In this document: piece after piece, positions 52,601 through 63,860 of the stretch
Numbering within the stretch: the first letter of the stretch is position 1
Layout of the letters: every line of letters starts with the position of its first letter
DNA from: Antedon mediterranea
Taxonomy: Eukaryota; Animalia; Echinodermata
DNA length: 64,000 bases
NCBI RefSeq assembly: GCF_964355755.1
Contig: NC_092678.1
Coordinates: 16,907,881-16,971,880 of the forward strand
Reading direction: 5' to 3'
The notes under the pieces: model-generated
The model's input: only the letters and a program-made list of their open reading frames with translations
The model's database searches: none
Told to the model about the DNA's origin: nothing
Translations under genes and position numbers: made by a program

Positions 52601-54142
52601 GCGGCAATTGCTTTGTTGCGTATCGAACTGCGGTGGGCTAGGGCTTTTTCACATCGAAGCGCTATGTCTTAATGTCTATTGTTTTTAGCAGGGAGTTGTT
52701 AACAACTCCCTGTTTTTTAGCATATGAATTGTTCAAGTTCAATTTACATTCCACTTTGTGTCTTTGTTTTCTTTAAATTATTGTTATTAAGTTAAATTCA
52801 CAATTGCAATAGGACTTTAAAAAGGAATGTTTCACTAAAAATGTGCATCATTATAAATTTGGAAATCATTATGGCAAAACGTAAACGGAATGAACTTGAC
52901 TTAACTAGTGTTAATAAACTTTGAAATGTTACCAATAAATTATTGTGTCATTATTGCTTGGCTCGTTTACCTAATCAATTTTCATCATTGCTATCAAATT
53001 ACATCAAAATAAAGGAGCTTAAAAAACGTGTGGTCTAGGTGTGGGCGTTTTTATTTGATTATGACATCTCTGCACATGCGCATCAATCAAAGCCCCGCTT
53101 TGCTATTTTTATCACCCATGCTGCTGCTGCTAGCTAGCTCACGAAAAAAAACAATAAACAGACCGAAATTATGTTCACCGTACGTACGTAGGCCTTTTTG
53201 CCGTTAAAAACACATTGAGGTGAGAAACAATAATTTACTATTGTAACATGTTTTATTGGTACAGTAAATAATGTAACTTTTAACCGGGCAGCATTCGGAC
53301 CGGTGATTCAAAGCATTTTCAGTGACAACGTGATGACTTTAAAAATATGTTTTTAGGAAACCGGACTTTCGAAAAACCGGAAAATATATGCCCGCCCAAG
53401 GGTGTCCGGTATTGGGAGAGTTGACTGTAGTAGTAAGACAGAGCTTTAGATAGACAAGGGAGAGTTTTGTGATTATGAATGGATGAATACAATGCTGTCA
53501 TTGTATATTGTCTGCCAGCAAGGAAAACAAAGTATAAAAGTAACCAACATAACATCTACGTTCACTGAAGGGTACTGTAGCTAAAGAAATAAAGCAATAA
53601 TGATTTTTTAGTGATGTCAGTGATGAAATTGGTACTATAGTATTAGTTTATGAAATCCAGCGTACAACATGAAACTACTGAGCTTGAGGGGTAAAAGCGG
53701 ATGTTCACTAACTCACTATTATTATTCAATGTGATGATAATGTTAGCCAAAAAAAGCATTAAAAATTGAGTAATGGAGCTGTAGGTTGGTGGTTAATGTG
53801 CTTGCCTTCCAATCCCAAGGTCCGAGGTTCAATCCTGACCTACTGTTATGTAGGTCCAGGGTTTACTATCAGGAAGCACAATAAATTGTAAAATAGTTTA
53901 TCCATCTATAATTGGCAAGTTGCTCGCTATTAAATGCGTATAAAAATAAAAATAACAAAATATGCATTTACCATACCTGTACCTTCGCTGTCTATCTGTT
54001 TGCTCGAAGCATGCCTAGCCAGCATTTGCGTCATAACAGGACAACTTTCGGCGTAGCTGAATAAAGAACTACCGGCACGTTTAGCAAAGCCATTTGGCAG
54101 ACGGCCAAGAAACGGGCACTTCAAACGAGCGACTTGATTCAT
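37310..54142 (-). CDS. ALAS: 5-aminolevulinate synthase, mitochondrial (11 coding exons, ~623 aa)
   Basis: Exons (minus): 54142-53977, 47453-47331, 46503-46453, 43256-43113, 42490-42256, 41298-41114, 40698-40519, 39716-39552, 39051-38912, 38459-38331, 37663-37310 total 1872 nt. Motifs [53 protein letters not shown] (PLP Lys), [20 protein letters not shown]-terminal CxxC. Confidence 0.96.
37923..38191. repeat. Two-copy ~138 bp tandem duplication in the last ALAS intron
   Basis: TATCGT.GCAAATTTGTTAATACAT...ATTTGCCTAT.AACTG at 37923 and 38061. Confidence 0.8.
38331..38459 (-). CDS. ALAS: ALAS exon
   Basis: [15 protein letters not shown]...[15 protein letters not shown]. Confidence 0.93.
38912..39051 (-). 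CDS. ALAS: ALAS exon (PLP lysine)
   Basis: [13 protein letters not shown]...[15 protein letters not shown]. Confidence 0.95.
39181..39468 (-). mobile_element. 5S-derived SINE-like element
   Basis: GAAACACCGGTCTTGTCGTATCATTGAAGTTAAGCAACGTTGGGCCTGGTTAG...GGAGACC head, followed by a body that recurs at 11131-11250 (+). Confidence 0.65.
39552..39716 (-). CDS. ALAS: ALAS exon
   Basis: [11 protein letters not shown]...[11 protein letters not shown]...VTGTL. Confidence 0.95.
39836..40417. mobile_element. MITE in ALAS intron
   Basis: ATTGCTATAAAACAGTCT / AGACTGTTTATAGCAAT plus internal ATTGACCATTGCTATA / TATAGCAATGGTCAAT. Confidence 0.55.
40075..40239. mobile_element. 165-bp MITE (Harbinger/ISL2EU-like) nested in the above
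   Basis: Perfect 23-bp TIR AGGGACTTTACGAAACACGACGG; flanks AAT/AAT. Confidence 0.8.
40519..40698 (-). CDS. ALAS: ALAS exon
   Basis: [17 protein letters not shown]...FETVHSMT. Confidence 0.95.
41114..41298 (-). CDS. ALAS: ALAS exon
   Basis: [22 protein letters not shown]...[13 protein letters not shown]. Confidence 0.95.
41809..42105 (+). mobile_element. tRNA-derived SINE
   Basis: A box TGGCCGAGCGG, B box GGTTCGAGGC, no intact cloverleaf; 3' boundary approximate. Confidence 0.55.
42256..42490 (-). CDS. ALAS: ALAS exon
   Basis: [14 protein letters not shown]...HTYRIFKKV...[13 protein letters not shown]. Confidence 0.95.
43113..43256 (-). CDS. ALAS: ALAS linker exon
   Basis: [24 protein letters not shown]...KKYNQ, 144 nt, phase 1-1. 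Confidence 0.75.
44172..44969. mobile_element. MITE with perfect TIR
   Basis: AATAGACACGTTTCGCGCTCGCGA / TCGCGAGCGCGAAACGTGTCTATT; subterminal AGTGGGTATA / TATACCCACT. Confidence 0.8.
45072..45354. mobile_element. TTAA-type MITE family copy
   Basis: TTAA-AGATGTATTGTCCCC...GGGGACAAGACATCT-TTAA. Confidence 0.7.
46453..46503 (-). CDS. ALAS: ALAS 51-nt symmetric exon
   Basis: cttag|[17 protein letters not shown]|gtaaag, phase 1-1. Confidence 0.65.
47331..47453 (-). CDS. ALAS: ALAS exon with heme-regulatory motif 3
   Basis: [17 protein letters not shown]...; CAGCAG tandem acceptor. Confidence 0.85.
48916..51988. repeat. Tandem duplication of a ~1.3-1.5 kb unit (two full copies plus a partial third) with a variable 21-bp minisatellite
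   Basis: Units start TAAGCGTAAACCATATTTGGG at 48916, 50398 and 51733; near-identical unique parts; about 19, 12 and 9 copies of the 21-mer. Confidence 0.9.
52213..53427. mobile_element. pogo/Tigger-like internally deleted element
   Basis: TIR CAACTCTCCCAATACCGGAC / GTCCGGTATTGGGAGAGTTGACTG-TA; possible residual start [11 protein letters not shown] at 52871. Confidence 0.7.
53768..53930 (+). mobile_element. tRNA(Gly-TCC)-like SINE family copy
   Basis: GAGTAATGGAGCTGTAGGTTGGTGGTTAATGTGCTTGCCTTCCAATCCCAAGGTCCGAGGTTCAATCC; shares tail TTTATCCATC with the 6590 copy. Confidence 0.55.
53977..54142 (-). CDS. ALAS: ALAS first coding exon (presequence, heme-regulatory motifs 1 and 2)
   Basis: [16 protein letters not shown]...[10 protein letters not shown]; acceptor at 54153, gtcaccATG context; alternative same-phase donor at 53983. 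Confidence 0.9.
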
Positions 54143-56889
54143 GGTGACACGTTCTGGAAAAAAAACAACAACACAATGTGAACAAATTTAGCTATTTAAC
54201 TAATTTTTGAAATTTACAAACAATTTAGCTGCCAGTGCCACAACTTCCAATAGTAGTTTCCTACTGTACTTTGGTTCCGAGGCAAACCAAACATTTATGT
54301 AGGGCAACTAAAAATTTAAATAAAATGGTCTGTCCCCCAGGCGAGCGAGTGCGATCACTCACCTAACAGACTCCTAAACTGCCCTTGAGGTGTGCGATTT
54401 AAAACACGCTTAAATTTGGTAAACTTCTATACACGAATTATATACAAACAGCACACCTACAACACCTCTGAATGTATTGAGGAGTGTAATTTGTAGCACA
54501 CCTATAATTTTCAAAAGACAAGGCCTGACAACCAAGTAAAAATTGACAATGGCTGTTTACATCTGTTGTGGAATATAATCAGTATCATCAGTCCAAAAAT
54601 TTCAGTCACCATGTTTCAAGAAATTGAGCGGGGAACTAAATCTCAGACTGGTTGTCTTAGGGCCGTTGGCTAGCAGAATTGTATTAATCAATTACTGGTC
54701 TATACTAATGTATTGTATTGTTTTTTAATTCGTAATTGTTAATTTTTTAAGTAAATAATAATTACACAACAAATTCTTTAATTACAAATAAAAACCTCAT
54801 TAATTGCTGATGTTTACAGTACTTACGATAAATATTAAACATTAGGTAATATTATTAAACTCTGCCGACCACAAAGATAAGAGATGTTGAACCAAATTTA
54901 AAATCCAGTCAAATTATTCAGTAAGGCAACCGAATGGCAAGATTGTAGAATAAACAAATTGAGTTGAAACTTCACAATACAACCTCATATACCACACACT
55001 AGTTAATCCTTTTATGACGCTTGTGAAGCATTGTCAATAGAAAAGGGAAAGAATACTGAGCTGATTTCTGAACAGGATGTACAGCCACATTGATAATACA
55101 GATTTAAAGCTGAAGAATTCAATGAAGGTACTGTACTTTAAAGGTGATTAGTATTATGAAAAAGATCAACCAATCAGTGACTGACAATTGATTAATCCAC
55201 AGACAAGTACTGTACGTTATAGTACTGTACGTTATTCATTATTTAAAGTGATCAACGAGGAAGTAGTTTTTATTGAGAGGAAAGGTTTTAGAACAATTTT
55301 GTTGAGGATATTAATTTCAATAAAATTTTGCAAATTTAAATGAATCTCAATGATACTATTACTATGTAGATAAAGTATTTATTTATTTATTTTTATTAAT
55401 TTATTTATTTATACACTATTTTACGAGGGTGGTCCATCCAGCCGAAAATGATTATTAGGAACCCTCACAAAAATACAATGTCAATGTTCAATATTGAATA
55501 TCGAAACGTGCCAGGCTGAAGGCGCTTGACCTTTGACAAGATCGCCTAAACTTTTTAGTATATTAACTTTACAATACTTAGTGTTGTATATTCTGGTACA
55601 GCCGCTCCATAATCTCTTTGCTTTTCTTCCTTATATCTATATTTTTTTCAATTTATACTAACATAACAAATGTCTTTTTATTAATATTATAATAATAATA
55701 TATCAAAAATTATTTTAATAAAATTTTTCGCATAATATACAATCTAAAGAACAGGGCACACAATCTACACATAATCAAACATCGTATACTCTATCTCTCA
55801 CAATTTTTTCAATCTTCTATCGACTAAAGCCGAAGTATAGTCGTTATCTCGGAACCGTTCTATGGTTACCACCAGGTAGGCTTACTTCATTAAAGCTTCT
55901 ATGAATGGATGTACTGGTTGGGAGCAGGAACGCTAGTAGACAAAACCCAGTACCGTTTTGATTATGATCAATCGGGAAATTACCTCACGACATGTAACAA
56001 TAAAAAATAAATAGAATTTAAGAAGATTAGAATTAGAATCAAAAAGGGAAATAAAAAAAAATAAATAAATTATAATAATTGCATTTTTTAAACAATTTAG
56101 TTGATTCTTTTGCTCATTATTATTGCTTTAATACCTTTAGCATTGAGTCAGTTAGAAATGCACTCACATCACAGTATACATTCCCTGGTTCCATAATGGA
56201 CTATCCAAATCGGAATTGTATTGAAATATGACCCCAAATCTGGGGTGGGCTTATATCAGAGAGTGGGATTACACCTGAATCAAAACAAGTGCAAATCTTT
56301 ATGAATGATACTGTATGTAAAAATTGCTTTACTGTACTATCACTTAACTTAACAAATACAGATGCCAAGATTACAGGTACTGTTCTACACTAATTGTCCA
56401 ATTTGTTTGGTAGTAAAACATTTGGCATGACTGATTGTTAAAACCAAAATTGGACCGTAATAATATATTCAAATAAACGCCCCTGGGCGTTTACTGATAA
56501 TGAGGTGTTTTTTTTTTCTTGGTGTAACATGTACAGTACATGTTCTAATTAAATAAATACAACACAATTAATATAAAGAAATGATAAAATACAGTAACAA
56601 TTTTAGGCTTGGTCAATTGATCATGGAGGTCAATGAATTCTACTGCAAATGTGTTTTAACAATGTTGTGTATTTTGCATATGGAGAGGCGTTTATTCGAG
56701 TAAATAAACTTTCGGGGCATTAATTGAGGGGGGTTGTTTATTTCAAATGATATTCTACAGTATGAATATGAGGGGTATTTATTCGAGGGGGGCATTTATT
56801 CGAATAAATATAGTACCGTGCAATTTATTCTTTTGAATTTAATACAGAGAATACAGATGCTATAGATTTAAATAAAAAGTTATTATTAA

Positions 56890-57977
56890 AATGGACCTGA
56901 AATGGAATTTCGATTTTCAAGAAATTCACACATGTTATTTAAATGTATCAAATTAACACAAACCCATACAAATAAAAACAAAACGTATAGTATTTTGAGT
57001 AAAAACGAAATTTTAAGATACCATGGTAAATTAGCGAAAATTACTCACGCCATTGCAATATTCTATTTCAACGGCCGTCGGAAGCCTCTATATTCACGAC
57101 GTCACATATACACACGATGATATCGAGAGCGTGTATGCCGCCCGATAGTCAGTGAATGATCGACGGCCTGGAAAGATACGCGAAGCGTTGACACTAATAC
57201 TAATTTATCGTTTGTTCTAAAACCCGAATTTAGAAGGCCTAGTACCTCCCAAACCTTTACTAGGCCTAGGCCCCCAATCCAGCACGCGGAGTCGATCCAC
57301 CACCTACATCATGCGGCGAGGCTCCGTTTCATGTGCATCCAAGGACCAAAGCGATATCAACAACTTGCTGCGCTCATTGTCAAGCCAAAGTAAAATATGA
57401 ATAAAATTCGTTTTCGAACTGCCTGATTCGTTACAAATAAATTATCATCTCATATTACTAATTTAATTCTGCTAAACTAAAAACTAAAGAAACTAACACA
57501 TTTTAGCAGTATAAATTACGAACGATATACAAAATACACGAACGGAAAATATGGATACGCATCATTGCGCACGGAGCTGTATCCCCGACAACGTTGCCAG
57601 GCCAACTTCGGTATTGCCAGAAAAAAACCGTTGATTTTAAGATTTTAAATCGTCATTTACTCGATGAATAACCGTCTATACGGTAATAATTTTATCTAAA
57701 AAAATTCTAAATACGTTTCTGCAAATGCACAAGCATTTTTTAGAAAATACTCCATAGATTTCAAGAGTTATAGCCAAAAAACTGCAAATTGTCCATTGGA
57801 GGGATAGGAATATATTCGCAAAGTGACGTCACCCGCGAATTTTTTTTATTTTCAAATGGGGCTTTCCCCAAAAGGGCCAATTTATATTTTGTAACAATAT
57901 ACATTCTAGCAACACCTAATAGCCCCCAAAACATCATTCTAAAATGAAAAAAATCGAAAATCCATTTCAGGTCCATT
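56890..57977. mobile_element. Kolobok-like MITE
   Basis: TTAA-AATGGACCTGAAATGGA...TCCATTTCAGGTCCATT-TTAA. Confidence 0.75.
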
Positions 57978-59338
57978 TTAACTTAAAATGGAATTCCTTT
58001 CAAAGTACTGTAGCTGAAGCATAACATAACAAACAAGACCATAAAACTAAGTTTATTTACAGAATTATTCAGGACCAGTGATTAGTTGGAATCTATATGC
58101 CAGTGTACAATGGAAGGATAAAGTCTAACCAAATTTACTGAAGCATGACAATGCAATATCAGAATGACTAATGGTATTAACAAATCTATTCAGGGTAAAT
58201 ATAAAAGAATAGTGCCACTACCATGGTACTACCAACCAGGAAGAATGACAAGGCAGAATAACAAGGTGTGTCAATTACTGATAATGCAAATTATTTCTGC
58301 GTTTAACAACTTTCTTGAATTTTTCCCGATTTATTTTAGTTAATAAATTTAAATTCAAACCTAAACGTATTTAAATTACGATCTTATTTTTTATTACAAG
58401 ATCAAATATAAAGTTTAACCAGGCTCTCTTATTTTATTTGGCTAATTCTAGGTGTAGTCAAAATATTTAATGTTGTTAGGTCTATTTTTTTAATCAACAT
58501 CCCTTTAGATGGTAAAATAATGAGGAGGGACGCGGAGATTTTAACAAATTCTAAATGTTTTTATCAATTCCAATAAAAAAATCTTCTTAAAACAGAATAT
58601 CTGGAACTATTATGTTGTGAGCCACAGTATTAACAATAAAAATAATAACTGGTTTTGTGTGAACGATACTGTAGGTTTAGTTGGGCATAGAATCTATGCG
58701 ATAGGGCTAGGTCTAGGGGCTTACATGGCCTAGTCATTATCTTTTTTAAATAACTAGGGCAGGCCCAGGCCTACTGTATAGCTTAATTGTTATTAAATAT
58801 TATTAATAATAATATCTGAAAAAAAAAATAAATAGAACGATTGTAAATGTTAATATGCTAATTATTAAGGTTGTGGACCTAATAACAACTATAGTCGATG
58901 CTGTAGGGAGGATGACATTTAATTATCAATTACATGATTTCAATGGACGGTTTTCATGCTGCTGCTATATAAGCCATCTTGCAGAGATGTCGTGACCAGC
59001 TAGCTGAGCGAAAAAAAAATAATACGATAGGGCCTAGGTCTAACGTTTTCAGGGAATTTCAGGACACCATGTTAACTAATTTAAATCCAGAATGGAAGGC
59101 CGTATGTTAAAAAAAATTACTGCAAAATGTTCTTGAAAGATTGGCCTAGGCCTACAATGCATCACTGTATGATTGAAAAAATTATAAATATTGTTTTGAA
59201 TGCCTAAAATTCACCGAAAAAAACACCACACAGTCTATAATAATAAGTAGGGTCTAGGCCTACGTACTAGGCCTAATATTATAATAAAGCATAGATTAGT
59301 AGTTACTGGTAGGCACATACACTGACCACAAATTATTG

Positions 59339-60415
59339 GGCGCTAGTTCCGTTTCGCACCTGTCGTTTATTTCGACTCAAAATTAGTTAAGTAACTTTAT
59401 CGTGAGTACCACACCTTAGAATTAAGCCTCTTTAATACTTTTACGAAGGAGATCACACAAAAAGTAAAATATAAATCCTTTAAATTGATGAATTTACTAG
59501 ACGTATTTCTCGCACATCGCAGGGGAAAATTTCATTTTAAAATTTTGTTTAGCAATATTGCTAATCAAACTGATTTTTGAGTCCAGAAACATATAGTTTT
59601 GTATTGTATTTTTTGCTACACAATTGTAGAAATGTGTAGCAATAAGGTTGTTTTGTATAGCTTTTTGCTATGCTACACTGGCGAAATTATTCCCTGCATC
59701 GGTTCGTGAATTTCGCATACTCGATGTTCAATGTTGTTGTTTCCATGGAGCGCCAAAAGAGCAATCATAATAGAGGGCTAAAAACTCAGTAAATTGTGTA
59801 TATTTAATGCATTTATTGGTGAAAATTATGTTCAATTTTATCATATTTTGTCAATGCAACAAAAATATTACTGTTGATACTGTACATGGTTTTTTCAGGA
59901 GCTTTTAGTTAGGAATGAAAATCGACAAATTCATCATCATATTACATGTACTGTAGGGGTATACCTTAATCTAAATAATATGCCTCTTAGTCTTAGTCTT
60001 ACTCTTAGGTTGGTTGCTATTTGAAAACAGCAAATTATTAGCAGTAAAATGTTACAGCATTTTTATTGACAAAATATATTACAATTAAACGTGTATTTCA
60101 ATAATAAATGCATTAAAAGAAGACGCATTCCACTGAGGTTTTAACCATCTATTGTTGTTGCTCTTTTGGCGCTCCATAGAAAGAAAAATATTGAACTTCC
60201 AGTATGCTATATTCGCGGCGAACGGTATGCGAGAAACATGTCTGTAAAATCATGAATTTAAGGATTTATTTGTTACTTTTTATGTGATTCTTCTTCATAA
60301 AAGTACTTATGAGGCCCAATTTTAAGGTGTGGTATTCACAATAAGTTGCTTAACAATTTGGAGTCAAAAGGAAGTCGAAATAAAAACAGGTGCGAAACGG
60401 AACTAGGCTAGCGCC
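59339..60415. mobile_element. Long-TIR element (Merlin- or MULE-like) in ALAS intron 1
   Basis: GGCGCTAG...CTAGCGCC ends; CTAGTTCCGTTTCGCACCTGT mirrored; homology extends to ATGGAGCGCCAAAAGAGCAA (59745) / TTGCTCTTTTGGCGCTCCAT (60160); 8-bp TSD AATTATTG. Confidence 0.75.
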
Positions 60416-60728
60416 AATTATTGTCGCCCACCGTTTTCCGTGGTGCAGTTGCGCAAAAATCGTCTACCTAAAAGAATAGGGGTCTTGCTAGCTAGCAAGG
60501 GTGGCACACCTTGTTCTTAGTCATTTACTTTAGATAGTTGGTGGTCAGCTCACTCTCTCTTCCGATCCTCTCCGGCGGGCCCAGCTAGGTCCTAGTTATT
60601 AGCATACTAGCCTAGGCCTAGCTAGGCCTGATACTAGCCTAGCCTACTACCCGCCTACAGCAGGCAAAATAAACTACACATTTCAACGTTAAATATATAG
60701 CATGTGTATAAAATGTAAACTTACTTAC

Positions 60729-60830
60729 CGATTTAAAAAAATATGTAGTTGAGCTTTAAAAAACGAAGTTTCGTGATCTACTCTGAGAACGACGAAACTA
60801 AAATTCTGGATTTCTCTTTTTTTTTAGACA
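60729..60830 (-). other. ALAS: Probable non-coding exon 1 of ALAS
   Basis: Donor CG|GTAAGT at 60729/60728; contains the IRE; no ATG between IRE and donor; CCAAT boxes just upstream. 5' end approximate. Confidence 0.65.
60767..60799 (-). promoter_or_regulatory. Iron-responsive element (IRE) in ALAS 5' UTR
   Basis: Minus strand AGTTTCGT-C-GTTCT-CAGAGT-AGATC-ACGAAACT: 8-bp lower stem, bulged C, 5-position upper stem with one U-U mismatch, CAGWGH loop. Confidence 0.8.
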
Positions 60831-60879
60831 AGTTGTTAGAATAAAATTGAGGTTCAAAGAAGTTGCCAGTTTTAACTAA

Positions 60880-60925
60880 GATTCTCGCCCAATAAAAAAT
60901 GCCAATTTATAGAGGGCGTCAATCA
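60880..60925 (-). promoter_or_regulatory. Putative ALAS proximal promoter (two CCAAT boxes, AGAGGGCG motif)
   Basis: CCAAT at ~60889 and ~60902 on +; TAGAGGGCG at ~60910; about 90-120 bp upstream of the IRE. Confidence 0.35.
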
Positions 60926-63109
60926 TTTTAAAAAACACATTGATAATCACTTAGTAACACTATGTAACATTATATCTTCATTTTTTTTTTTCATCCGGAA
61001 GTTTATAAACTATTTATTATTCGTTAATAATCGGCAGTATCTGTTAACGTTTTCAATTCAACCTTTTAATAATTCAGACATTTGTAGGCCCTTGAGAATG
61101 CATTCTATTCTTTTCAGTTATAATTAGAAAGTCGATCCTTGTCCTATATTATTCAATATCTCTGCCATATTCTGTAATCGTCTTTCTGTCTCTTCGTACA
61201 TTTCACCGTTCGTAGTTTAGTATGTCTTCCCGAAAAGGGCATCAATATTAAGACGAAATATTTTATTTACATCTAACTACAGAGCCTCGATAAGCATTTC
61301 ACCAGACAATATTATAGGACTAAAAAGTACAACAAAAAAAACTTTACCAATTATATTTTCACAGCAATGATTTATTTCAATCAAATATTAATAAATGTTC
61401 ACACAAAGTAAAGCTCATGGTTCCCACAAAAGACGCAATGCAAGGAGGATAGGCCTATAGGTAGAAGCAAAGCAAGTGAGTTGACCAATCACACAAGCGA
61501 CAGTAGAGTTCGAATAACCCATCGCTTGTAGGCTAATATTGGTTACATTGTTAACTTTTAATACTGATTTTATGTAAATGCAATACTTTCAGCTTCTGCT
61601 GCTTTTTGTATATGTGTTTTTTATACCGAAAAAAAAGTACATAGGCTGGATGCAAGTGAGTTGACCAATCACAAAATCCATCACTTGTGATTGGTAACTA
61701 ACGTTGCGCTCTGTGCATTGCGTCTCTGTAGTGGAACCAAGCATAATGTACCAAGCATTTCAAGCATGTTCACAGAATCTTCACCAGACTATACATTGAT
61801 ACGGTATAACAATTAATCACAACATGATAAAGCAAACAAAGTTACAGATCGGGGTTGATGAAATATGTCATTATACCGGTACGCGTTTAATTTGTCCATT
61901 ATAATGTTGTTGTGGACAGTAAAACACCAATCTATTTACTTTTATTCAAACACTTTCCAACAGGAACAATGTTCCCACTTACAGGTGATGTTATATAAAA
62001 AATAAAATATAAAATATATATGTATATACTCAAAAGCACATTACTCCCATAACGGTATTATAATGGACAGGTTCACCAACCCTATGGAAATTACATTATT
62101 ACATTAAATCAAAAACTCTTGTATGGTATAGTGTTAACAATAAAATTCACAACAATTACATCAATATTTTTTAAAAGGCTAAATAAAATAAGTATTTAAG
62201 TTGTTTTAGTTTTTTTTTCTAAGGAAATAATTAGATGAGAATAAAGGCGGCTTCTCTCATATAGTGGACCGACCACAGTGTACACGGCAAGTAAGTAGCC
62301 TACCGTACTGTTTGTCTATTCGTCAGTATTGGTCATATTATCCGATATATTTTGGTACCAACAACGTTAAACGAACGATAGAGGTCATAGGTCAATTATT
62401 ACTAAATTACTGAATTTGCACTATAATAACTATATATCTCGTCAGCCAAACAAATCTTGAAGCAGATTCATGTTTATGTTCATGTTAACACATTCGTTAT
62501 ATGCATACAGTATTATCAACTAAGTTATTAACATTAACACTTATTTAGCGATATAGGCCTACATTTCTATAGATGAAGCACATATCAGCGGCGCTTCACA
62601 TACTGTAATAATATTATTTGAAAAAAAAAGGTTTTAATTGATTTTTAAATTGTTAATTTATATAGATTATAGTAATCCACATTGTTAATATTACTTGGCA
62701 AATTGCAACGGAAAACGAGCGGTCAGCAAATATTTTCGCATAACATCCGTTGCACTGCCAAACCGACCCTCTAGAAAAAGAAACCTAAACTATCTTTAAA
62801 AGAAGTCAGATAATCCCAGGGGGCTTTATATCGATTGTGGGCTTCTTTTCGAGATTACCTTTTCAAAATAAAGAGTGGTTTCTTTTTAATTTGTTATTTT
62901 GGGAGGTTGGCTACTTACGAGGTCGGCCAGCCTATATAGCTCTTGAAATTCGTTTTTCTTTAAAAAAGGAATTTCATCAGTGGGGATCGAGATACAAAAC
63001 AATTATAGTATTTGTTTTATATGGCCTATGAAATGTTCATAATAATAATAACTTTATCTTCATTTTAATGAAAAGCGATCATTAATTATAATAATATAGT
63101 ATATAGTGT

Positions 63110-63860
63110 ATAGTACTTTATCTATCAAATCTTACTTACTAATACAATATAACAATACTAATACAATTCACCAAACAACATCCATGTATAGGTATAATGA
63201 AATAAGCCAACATCAATTGAAATATAACAACATCGTATCTACCAAATCTTACATAAAACTAATACAATCCACCAAACTACATCGATAAATGTATAGGTTA
63301 TATTAATGAAATAAGCCAACATCATTGAAATAAATACTACATCTTATCTACCAAATCTGACAAAACTAATACAATCCACCAAGCTACATCCATAAATGTA
63401 TAGGTTATATTAATGAAATAAGCCAACATCAATTGAAATAAATACTAAACTAATACAATCCATCAAACTACATCCATAAATGTATAGGTTATATTAATGA
63501 AAAAGCCAACATCAATTGAAATAAATACTAAACTAATACAATCCATCAAACTACATCGATAAATGTATAGGTTATATTAATCAAATAAACCAACATCAAT
63601 TCTTACATAAAACTAATACAATCCACCAAACTACATCGATAAATGTATAGGTTATATTAATTTAAAAAGCCAACATCAATTGACACAAAACACAATCTTA
63701 TCAGCCAAATCTTACATAAAACTAACACAATCCACCGAACTACTGTAAATCGATAAATGTAAATGGTAATATTAATGAAAAAGCCAACATATACACAGAA
63801 ATAAAACATCATCTTATCTACCAAATCCACCCAACTACACTGTAAATCAATAAGTGTAAC
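63110..63860. repeat. Degenerate tandem repeat, ~80-115 bp unit, ~8 copies
   Basis: AAACTAATACAATCCACCAAACTACATCGATAAATGTATAGGTTATATTAATGAAATAAGCCAACATCAATTG recurring. Confidence 0.8.

Noticed and set aside
54362-54480. Alternative IRE-less first exon of ALAS (AG|GTGAGT at 54362)
   Set aside because: Only a donor-like hexamer, with no promoter or acceptor evidence; may lie in a repeat
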